Origin: Gemmatimonadota bacterium
GTDB taxonomy: Bacteria; Gemmatimonadota; Gemmatimonadetes; Gemmatimonadales; GWC2-71-9
Direction of reading: 5' to 3'
DNA: 64,000 bases
NCBI GenBank assembly: GCA_046728135.1
Contig: JBKPDZ010000016.1
Coordinates: forward strand, 6,822 to 70,821
The notes beneath the pieces were generated by a model. The model did no database searches. It saw only the letters and a list, made by a program, of their open reading frames with translations, and was not told where the DNA came from. Made by a program: the position numbers and the translations under genes. The stretch's first letter is position 1. The number at the start of each line of letters is the position of its first letter. Shown here in pieces: positions 55,227 through 64,000 of this stretch.

Positions 55227-55845
55227 GCTTCGCCTCCCCTTCATCCAGCGCGCCAATCTCCACCACGACCCTCTGGGCCCACAGGATTTCGTACGCCGTC
55301 GCATCGGCGAAGCGCATCACATGCACGCCGGGGATGTTGCGGCCCGAGAGATAGACGTTGTGCGAGTCGTTCGCGGTGAGCACGAGAACCTTTTTCCCCG
55401 TCGCCTCGAGCTTCTTCAGCAGGGCCGCGAAATCCTTCGTCTTCGGCTTCTCGTACTCGAGCGCATCCACGATGACGAGCGCACCCTCCCGCGCCCGCGC
55501 GTTGAGCGCCGACTTCTTGGCCAGCTGGCGCATCTTCTTCGGGATCGCGAGCCGATAGCTGCGCGGATGCGGGCCGTGCGCGATGCCGCCGTGCCGCCAG
55601 TGCGGCGCGCGCGTCGACCCCTGCCGCGCGCGGCCGGTCCCCTTTTGCCGCCACGGCTTCTGGTTGCCGCCCGAGACCTCGCTGCGGGTCAGCGTGTTGC
55701 TCGTGCCCTGCCGCTGGTTCGACAGGAACGTGATCACCGCGCGATGCAGCACGTCCTGATTCACCGTGCCATCGAACAACGCTTCGGGCAGCGCGACCGC
55801 CTTCTTGCTCGCGCCCGCCGCCGAATAGTGAGGAGCCTCAATCAT
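55219..55845 (-). CDS. rplD: 50S ribosomal protein L4
   Basis: GGNQKPWRQKGTGRARQGSTRAPHWRHGG. Confidence 0.95.
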   Translation of the reverse strand: MIEAPHYSAAGASKKAVALPEALFDGTVNQDVLHRAVITFLSNQRQGTSNTLTRSEVSGGNQKPWRQKGTGRARQGSTRAPHWRHGGIAHGPHPRSYRLAIPKKMRQLAKKSALNARAREGALVIVDALEYEKPKTKDFAALLKKLEATGKKVLVLTANDSHNVYLSGRNIPGVHVMRFADATAYEILWAQRVVVEIGALDEGEAKHA

Positions 55846-56458
55846 GGCGGCTCGGACCTCCCTGCTTGCGGACGGTGACCAGGCCGTTCATCGGACCGGG
55901 CACCGAGCCGCGCACGAACAAGAGATTGCGCTCGGCGTCGATCTTCACGACGCGCAGGCCGATCTCGGTGAAGTTGCGGGCGCCCATATGCCCGGGCATC
56001 CGCTTTCCTTTAATGATCCGCGACGGGTCGGTACCCGGCGCGATCGACCCCGGCTTGCGGTGCCGCGTGTTGCCGTGCGTCTCGGGGCCGCCGCCGAAAT
56101 GATGGCGGTGCACGACGCCCTGGAAGCCGCGGCCCTTCGACACGCCGCGCACCTTCACCCGATCACCCTCGGCGAAGATCGCGACCGTGACCGCAGTGCC
56201 GGCGGCCGGGGCCTCGCCGGTCACCACGAACCGACGGATCACGCGCGGTGCGACTTCGAGGCCGGCCTTCTTCACGTGCCCGGCCAGCGCTTTGGGCGTC
56301 CGCTTGGCCTTCTTCGCGCCGAAGCCCAGCTCCGCCGTGCCCTCGGCGACCGAAATCACGGGACACGGCCCCGCCTCGATGACCGTGACCGGCACGTGCG
56401 CGCCTTCGGCGTTGAACACGCGCGTCATTCCCAGTTTGCGACCAATCAGTCCGTTCAT
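55838..56458 (-). CDS. rplC: 50S ribosomal protein L3
   Basis: [19 protein letters not shown]...[20 protein letters not shown]. Confidence 0.95.
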   Translation of the reverse strand: MNGLIGRKLGMTRVFNAEGAHVPVTVIEAGPCPVISVAEGTAELGFGAKKAKRTPKALAGHVKKAGLEVAPRVIRRFVVTGEAPAAGTAVTVAIFAEGDRVKVRGVSKGRGFQGVVHRHHFGGGPETHGNTRHRKPGSIAPGTDPSRIIKGKRMPGHMGARNFTEIGLRVVKIDAERNLLFVRGSVPGPMNGLVTVRKQGGPSRHD

Positions 56459-56462
56459 GTCT

Positions 56463-56771
56463 CTACTCGACTTTGATTTCCACGTCCACGCCCGCGGGCA
56501 GATCGAGTTTCGTCAACGCGTCCACCGTCTGCGACCGCGAATCGAGAATGTCGATCAGGCGCTTGTGCGTCTTGAGCTCGAACTGCTCCCGGCTCTTCTT
56601 GTCGATGTGCGGGCTGCGGAGCACCGTCCAGAGCTGCCGCTTGGTTGGCAGTGGAATCGGGCCGGATACCTGCGCACCGGTCTTTTCGGCTGTCCGCACG
56701 ATGTCTGCGGCAGCTTGATCGATCAGCGCGTGGTCGAATGCTTTCAACCGAATCCGAATCTTACTGGCCAT
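56463..56771 (-). CDS. rpsJ: 30S ribosomal protein S10
   Basis: ORF trimmed to [25 protein letters not shown]... Confidence 0.95.
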   Translation of the reverse strand: MASKIRIRLKAFDHALIDQAAADIVRTAEKTGAQVSGPIPLPTKRQLWTVLRSPHIDKKSREQFELKTHKRLIDILDSRSQTVDALTKLDLPAGVDVEIKVE

Positions 56772-56779
56772 TGGCTCTC

Positions 56780-56850
56780 CCAATTCGAAATGCGGAATTC
56801 GAATTGCGAAATGTCGTCGTACATTTCGCCTTTCGCCTTTCGCATTTCGC
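56780..56850 (-). repeat. GCGAAAT-family hairpin element (copy 2) filling the tuf-rpsJ spacer
   Basis: Plus strand reads CCAATTCGAAATGCGGAATTCGAATTGCGAAATGT-CGTCGT-ACATTTCGCCTTTCGCCTTTCGCATTTCGCC. It has the same 5' 15-mer as copy 1 and periodic 2-nt mismatches every 7 nt. Confidence 0.85.
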
Positions 56851-56851
56851 C

Positions 56852-58051
56852 TTATTTCAAGATCTTGGTAACGACTCCCGCTCCCACCGTTCTCCCACCC
56901 TCACGGATGGCGAACCGCAACTGCTCTTCCATCGCAATCGGCGTGATCAGCTCGATCGTCATCTTCGTGTTGTCCCCCGGCATCACCATCTCCACACCAC
57001 TCGGCAGCTCCACGTTTCCGGTTACGTCCGTGGTGCGGAAGTAGAACTGCGGCCGGTAGCCCTTGAAGAAGGGGGTGTGCCGTCCGCCTTCTTCTTTATT
57101 CAGGACGTAGACTTCGGACTCGAACTGGGTGTGCGGCTTGATCGAGCCGGGTTTCGCCAGCACCATGCCGCGCTCGACCTGATCTTTCTCGACGCCGCGC
57201 AGCAGCAGCCCGACGTTGTCGCCCGCCTGGCCGTCGTCCAGCAGCTTCCGGAACATTTCGACACCGGTGACGACAGTCTTCTTGTCGGTCCCGAAGCCGA
57301 CCATCTCGACTTCGTCGCCGACCTTCACTTTGCCCTTGTCGATGCGTCCCGTCGCGACGGTGCCGCGGCCCGTGATCGAGAACACGTCTTCGACCGGCAT
57401 CTGGAACGGCTTATCGATCTCGCGCTTCGGCACCGGGATGTTCTTGTCCAGCGCCGCCAGCAGCTCCTCGATCTTGCTTACCCACTGCTTGTCGCCTTCG
57501 ATCGCCTTCAGGGCGGACCCGCGGATCACCGGCGTGTCGTCGCCGGGGAACTGGTATTTAGACAGGAGCTCACGGACCTCGAGCTCGACGAGGTCCAGCA
57601 GCTCTGGATCATCCACCAGGTCGCACTTATTGAGGAAGACGACGATCGCGGGCACGTTCACCTGGCGCGCCAGCAGAATGTGCTCACGCGTCTGCGGCAT
57701 CGGGCCGTCCACGGCACTGACGACCAGGATCGCCCCGTCCATCTGCGCTGCGCCCGTGATCATGTTCTTCACGTAGTCGGCGTGGCCCGGGCAGTCGACG
57801 TGCGCATAGTGGCGCTCGGGCGTCGAGTACTCCACGTGGCTCGTCGCGATCGTCAAGATCTTGGTCGCATCACGCCGGCCTTGGCTCTCGCTCGCCTTCG
57901 CCACCTGATCGTAGCTCACGTAGGTCCCCAGCCCCTTGTCGGCCGAGACCTTGGTCAGCGCCGCCGTCAACGTCGTCTTCCCATGATCTACGTGCCCAAT
58001 CGTTCCGACATTTACGTGAGGCTTGGTGCGCTCGAATTTGGCCTTTGCCAT
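56852..58051 (-). CDS. tuf: elongation factor Tu
   Basis: ORF trimmed to [28 protein letters not shown]. Confidence 0.97.
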   Translation of the reverse strand: MAKAKFERTKPHVNVGTIGHVDHGKTTLTAALTKVSADKGLGTYVSYDQVAKASESQGRRDATKILTIATSHVEYSTPERHYAHVDCPGHADYVKNMITGAAQMDGAILVVSAVDGPMPQTREHILLARQVNVPAIVVFLNKCDLVDDPELLDLVELEVRELLSKYQFPGDDTPVIRGSALKAIEGDKQWVSKIEELLAALDKNIPVPKREIDKPFQMPVEDVFSITGRGTVATGRIDKGKVKVGDEVEMVGFGTDKKTVVTGVEMFRKLLDDGQAGDNVGLLLRGVEKDQVERGMVLAKPGSIKPHTQFESEVYVLNKEEGGRHTPFFKGYRPQFYFRTTDVTGNVELPSGVEMVMPGDNTKMTIELITPIAMEEQLRFAIREGGRTVGAGVVTKILK

Positions 58052-58065
58052 GAACTCTCCTGGTT

Positions 58066-58123
58066 TCAGGTGTCTGGTGTCGGGTGTCAGGGCTGCTGAC
58101 ACCAGACACCTGGCACCAGACAC

Positions 58124-58124
<1 letters not shown>
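58066..58124 (-). repeat. hairpin built of GGTGTCN heptamers in the fusA-tuf spacer
   Basis: Plus strand reads CAGGTGTCTGGTGTCGGGTGTCAG-GGCTG-CTGACACCAGACACCTGGCACCAGACACCT. Confidence 0.85.
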
Positions 58125-60220
<2,096 letters not shown>

Positions 60221-60231
60221 TTGGTCCCATG

Positions 60232-60470
60232 GTAGGGGCGCAGCATGCTGCGCCCCTACATCAAAAAAACGTTCCTGTAAAAACGTACCCATCCTGTAAA
60301 CGTCCCCATCCAGCAAAAACGCGGGGCGACCAGGACGCCCACGAGTGGGCCGGTCTCGCTCCGCTGTCATCGGGCCCCCAACGGGGGCCTCCGATGCAGG
60401 ATCCCTTAGATCAGGGTCCCGAGATTGTCTGTTTAAGGTTCAGTAGGGGCGCAGCATGCTGCGCCCGTAC
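60232..60470. repeat. 239-bp insertion-like segment between rpsG and fusA bounded by two copies of the 28-bp palindrome (60232-60259 perfect; 60443-60470 with one mismatch)
   Basis: Both copies read directly. The interior carries further hairpins (CATCGGAGGCCCCCGTTGGGGGCCCGATG, GCCCACTCGTGGGC) and three ACGTTT(n)ACAGGA-type direct repeats. Confidence 0.8.
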
Positions 60471-60477
60471 ATTCAGC

Positions 60478-60948
60478 CTACCACCGGTAATGCGCGAAAG
60501 CCCTGTTGGCTTCCGCCATCCGGTGCGTGTCTTCCTTCTTCTTTATCGTCTCGCCCTCGCCCTTCGACGCCAGGATCAGCTCGGCGGCGAGGCGCTCGGC
60601 CATCGTCTTCTCTTTGCGCTGCCGGCTGTACTGAATCAGCCAGCGCATCGCCAGCGCGGTGCGACGCTCCGGCCGCACTTCGACCGGGACTTGATACGTG
60701 GCGCCACCGACGCGGCGCGACTTCACTTCCAAGGCCGGCTTCACGTTCGACAGCGCCTGCTTGAACACGTTGACGCCGGGCTGCCCCGTGCGCTGCTCGA
60801 TCATATCCATCGCCTGATAGAAGATCCGCTCCGACAGCGACTTCTTGCCGCGCTCCATCAGGTTGTTCAAAAACTTCGACACCGTCTGGCTGTCGTACCG
60901 CGGGTCGGCGGGTACCGGACGCCGGACGGCGGTCTTGCGACGGCTCAC
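60478..60948 (-). CDS. rpsG: 30S ribosomal protein S7
   Basis: [37 protein letters not shown]. Confidence 0.95.
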   Translation of the reverse strand: MSRRKTAVRRPVPADPRYDSQTVSKFLNNLMERGKKSLSERIFYQAMDMIEQRTGQPGVNVFKQALSNVKPALEVKSRRVGGATYQVPVEVRPERRTALAMRWLIQYSRQRKEKTMAERLAAELILASKGEGETIKKKEDTHRMAEANRAFAHYRW

Positions 60949-61328
60949 TTCCCGGCCTCCTTGGGACGCTTCGCGCCGTACTTGGAGCGCGACTGCTTGC
61001 GCTCGTTCACGCCCGCGGCGTCCAGCGTGCCGCGGATGATGTGATAGCGGACGCCCGGCAGATCCTTCACGCGGCCGCCGCGAATCATCACGATCGAGTG
61101 CTCCTGCAGGTTATGCCCTTCACCGGGGATGTATGCCGTCACTTCGAAACCATTCGTCAGTCGTACGCGCGCCACCTTACGCAATGCCGAGTTCGGCTTT
61201 TTCGGCGTGGTCGTGTAGACGCGTGTGCAGACGCCCCGCTTTTGCGGGTTGCCACGCAGGTGCGGCGCTTTTTCTTTCTTCTCCACGTCGCGGCGGCCGC
61301 GCCGGACGAGCTGATTGATGGTCGGCAA
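60945..61328 (-). CDS. rpsL: 30S ribosomal protein S12
   Basis: [56 protein letters not shown]. The only in-frame start adjacent to PTINQL is TTG at 61328, preceded by GAGGGG. Confidence 0.95.
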   Translation of the reverse strand: MPTINQLVRRGRRDVEKKEKAPHLRGNPQKRGVCTRVYTTTPKKPNSALRKVARVRLTNGFEVTAYIPGEGHNLQEHSIVMIRGGRVKDLPGVRYHIIRGTLDAAGVNERKQSRSKYGAKRPKEAGK

Positions 61329-61372
61329 ATACCCCTCGCAAAGGAATCCAAAAACCTGCTCCGAAGCCCGCG

Positions 61373-61402
61373 AAACTAAACGCATTGTTTGAGTTAGGTC
61401 AA
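61373..61402 (-). promoter_or_regulatory. possible sigma70-type promoter of the str operon
   Basis: Minus strand reads TTGACC-N18-TAGTTT about 45 nt upstream of the rpsL start. The -10 is weak; by eye only. Confidence 0.3.
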
Positions 61403-61467
61403 CCCCCAGATTCTGACCGATCCCCTTCTTCCCGGGCCCGGGCCGGTTCGGTAGGATTGTCGGAACG

Positions 61468-62871
61468 ATGCGCCGTCTCGATCCCCGACACCTGGTTCTC
61501 TGCGCTGGGCTGAGCTTCGGAATAGCCGCTCCCGCTGCCGCTCAGGGCTCAGGTGTGCTGCGCGGCGTGGTCTTCGACAGCCTGATCACGTCGGCGCCAC
61601 TCGAAGGCGCTGAAATCTGGATCGAAAGCACCAATCTCATGGCTCGCAGCGATGCCGCGGGACACTTCGCGCTGACCGCGCTGGCTCCCGGCCGCTACGT
61701 GCTGACGCTCTATCATCCGATGCTCGACTCGGCGGGCCTGTCGGTGCCGCCGGTCGTCGTGGATGTCGTCGCTGGCGACAGCAACACGGTCGCCCTCGCG
61801 ACGCCGAGTCCTGCGCAAGCCCACCATCTGCTGTGCCCGCAGGACCCCTTGCGCCGCACGGGAAGTGTCGTCGGTGTCGTCCACAATGCCGCCGATGGCA
61901 AGCCGATGGTCGCCGCGACGATCAGCGCGCACTGGACGACGTACGACATCGGCGTCGGTGCGACTGGGGTCCGCAGCGCCCCCCGCGCCGTCGAAGCCAA
62001 GTCCGATGCGTCCGGTCATGTGCTCTTGTGCGGTGTTCCCACCGACGTGGCCATCGTGCTGCGTGGCCAGGCCGACGGTGGATCCGTAGGGCTGCTGGTC
62101 GTCGATCTGTCCGGGCGTCCATTCGCGCGCGCCAATATGGAGTTGGCCGTCGCGCCGATTACGGGATCGATCAAAGGAGTCGTGCGCAACAGAAACGGCT
62201 CGCTGGTGCCCGGAGCGACGATTGTCGTCCTCGGCACTGCTGCATCGGTCCAGGCCGATCAGTTCGGTCGCTTCTCACTCGACAGTGTCACCGTCGGCTC
62301 GCGGATCCTCGAGGCGCGCGCGGTCGGGTATCAGACGGGTCGGGCACAGACCAATGTCCGGCAAGCCGGCGGACAGCCAGTCGACATCGTCGTGGGTGAC
62401 TCCGTGACGGTGCTCGAGCCGGTGACCGTCGAGGGGGAGTACGAGCCGTACCTGAAGCACGTCGGGTTCACGCAGCGAAGCCATACCGCGCAGGGGCATT
62501 TCCTCGACACGCTGGCCATCGCGAAGAGCGGCGCGCTCCGATTCGAGGAGCTGTTCCGGATGGTCCCGGGCGTCCAGTTGCGCCCGAACGGCACAGGGAT
62601 GCTCGTCGAGCTGCAACGCGGCCAGGGCGAAATCAACAACCGGGACCTCGGCAACTATTGTCCGCCGATGTACTTCATCGACGGGGTCTACTACCCGCTC
62701 CCCCCCCTCCAGACGCAGTCGGTGCCCGTCGTGCCCAGTGAGATCCTCGGCATCGAGGTCTACTCGAACCTGTTCAGCGCCCCGCCGCAGTTCCAGCGCC
62801 GGGGCTCGGGTTGCGGCGTGATTCTGATTTGGACGAAGCGTGGCACGCCCAGACGGAGGGCGTCGCAATGA
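61468..62871 (+). CDS. secreted carboxypeptidase-regulatory-like domain protein with TonB-plug-like C-terminal region
   Basis: Signal peptide ...[21 protein letters not shown]...[19 protein letters not shown] (CarboxypepD_reg pattern, seen twice). The C-terminus reads ...MVPGVQL....YFIDGV. Confidence 0.65.
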   Translation: MRRLDPRHLVLCAGLSFGIAAPAAAQGSGVLRGVVFDSLITSAPLEGAEIWIESTNLMARSDAAGHFALTALAPGRYVLTLYHPMLDSAGLSVPPVVVDVVAGDSNTVALATPSPAQAHHLLCPQDPLRRTGSVVGVVHNAADGKPMVAATISAHWTTYDIGVGATGVRSAPRAVEAKSDASGHVLLCGVPTDVAIVLRGQADGGSVGLLVVDLSGRPFARANMELAVAPITGSIKGVVRNRNGSLVPGATIVVLGTAASVQADQFGRFSLDSVTVGSRILEARAVGYQTGRAQTNVRQAGGQPVDIVVGDSVTVLEPVTVEGEYEPYLKHVGFTQRSHTAQGHFLDTLAIAKSGALRFEELFRMVPGVQLRPNGTGMLVELQRGQGEINNRDLGNYCPPMYFIDGVYYPLPPLQTQSVPVVPSEILGIEVYSNLFSAPPQFQRRGSGCGVILIWTKRGTPRRRASQ

Positions 62872-62976
62872 AAAACCGCAGTAGTTGTGGGGTCTCTGCA
62901 ACGCCTTCATATTTCCGCGCGGCAGAGCGTAACCGGCAGCATCCATCCAAGAAAGGCAGGCAAGGCATGCGCAGAA

Positions 62977-64000
62977 CGTTCGTGTTCGTCCCCGCGCTTC
63001 TGGCTTTGTGCCTGATCCCACGGGCGGCCCCCGCGCAAGCGACGGCCCGTCAGGTGACGGGCAAAGTCACGCGCACGTTAGGCGAGACGCCCGTGCTCGG
63101 CGCGACGATCGTCGAGATGGGCGGCAAGGGCGTCGCACAGTCGGGCGCCGACGGCAACTTCACCATCAACGTCGGCACCGGCGACGTCCGGCTCATGGTT
63201 CGCGCGATCGGGTACCAGCGCAAAGAAGTGGCGGTGCCCGCGTCGCAGTCCAGCGTGACGGTCGCCCTCGACGAAGATCCCTTCAAGCTCGAAGCGGTCG
63301 TCGTCACCGGACAGGCGACGACGATCGAGCGCCGCAACGCGACGACGTCGCCGACGCAGGTTGGCAACGCCGAGCTCAACAACGCGCCGGCATCGGCGCT
63401 CGAACAGGCGCTGCAGGGTAAGGTTCCGGGCGCGATCATCTCGATGAACAGCGGCGCGCCAGGCGGCGGCGGACAAATCCAGATCCGCGGCATCACGTCG
63501 ATTCTCGGTGCCGGCCAGCCGCTCTTCGTCGTCGACGGGGTGATCATCTCCAACGATGCGGTCTCCGACGGGGCCAACTCCATCACGGCGGCCGGTAACC
63601 GGACGACCGCGGGAGGCATCGGCAGCAATCAGGACGCCCTGGTGAACCGGCTCGCCGATTTGAACATGCAGGAGATCGCGTCGGTCGAAGTGCTCAAGTC
63701 CGCCGCGGCGACCGCGATGTACGGCTCGCGCGCGACGAACGGTGTAGTTGTGATCCGGACGAAGCGCGGCGCCGGCACGGGTGGTGCGCCGCAGTTCAAC
63801 CTGACGAGTCGCGTGGGCCGGAGCGTCGCGTATCGTCTGCTGGGAACACGGCAGTTCACGAACAGCAGCCAGGTGTTCTCATTGCCGTACGGGAACGGCA
63901 ACTCGCCCCAGGATACCGCGATCATGAAGGCGTTGTATCCGAGCGGGACCATTCCCTTCACGCACGACTATCAGTCGGAGCTCTACAACAGCGGCAAGCC
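62977..64000 (+). CDS. SusC/RagA-type TonB-dependent outer-membrane receptor, partial (continues past the window end)
   Basis: Own translation from ATG 62977 gives MRRTFVFVPALLALCLIPRAAPAQATARQVTGKVT...GADGNFTINV...LEAVVVTGQATTIERRNATTSPTQV...LQGKVPGAIISMNSGAPGGGGQIQIRGITSILGAGQPLFVVDGVII. No stop before 64000, so it is absent from the ORF track. Confidence 0.85.

Noticed and set aside
60232-60470. Could the repeated 28-mers be a minimal CRISPR array?
   Set aside because: There are only two local copies, 183 nt apart. The repeat is a perfect palindrome without a spacer-like unit structure. There are no cas genes. A third isolated copy lies 16 kb away.
63064-63085. TCACGCGCACGTTAGGCGAGAC resembles the conserved attC-like block (TCACGCGCGTGTTAGGCG).
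   Set aside because: It lies inside the SusC-type receptor CDS (codes VTRTLGET), has no complementary partner half nearby, and is on the opposite relative orientation. It is probably chance similarity in GC-rich DNA.

Overview
GC-rich bacterial chromosomal segment. Gene content (HAF-repeat lipoprotein, CarboxypepD_reg/SusC-type TonB receptors, DUF1080, low-complexity tails on ribosomal proteins) suggests a Gemmatimonadota-like organism; this is inference only. Most of the window is housekeeping. It holds one contiguous str-S10-spc ribosomal superoperon on the minus strand, from rpsL at 61328 down to map at 44398. It also holds glyQS, trpS, purA, priA, a gluconate locus (gnd/gntK/gntP), a peptidoglycan-recycling operon (murQ-anmK-vanZ-nagZ) and a GMC/Gfo/DUF1080 sugar-oxidation cluster. 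Five things stand out. (1) A 3.2-kb islet (3737-6977) carries small same-strand ORFs, each followed by a conserved RYYYAAC...GTTRRRY imperfect palindrome; this is an integron attC-like cassette array with no integrase in the window (CALIN-like). (2) A candidate c-di-GMP-I (GEMM-I) riboswitch and an intrinsic terminator lie directly upstream of glxK-glyQS. (3) A four-helix-bundle (23S rRNA IVS-protein family) gene is bracketed by 32-nt inverted repeats. (4) Several families of hairpin-forming short repeats occupy ribosomal-operon spacers, including a 239-bp insertion between rpsG and fusA bounded by a 28-bp palindrome, and a perfect 4x heptanucleotide repeat sits in frame inside the nagZ-like gene. 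(5) A GntP permease is fused to a cyclase/formamidase-type domain. All calls rest on reading the sequence and ORF translations by eye; no searches were run. Many long ORFs in the track are antisense shadows of real genes and were not called.
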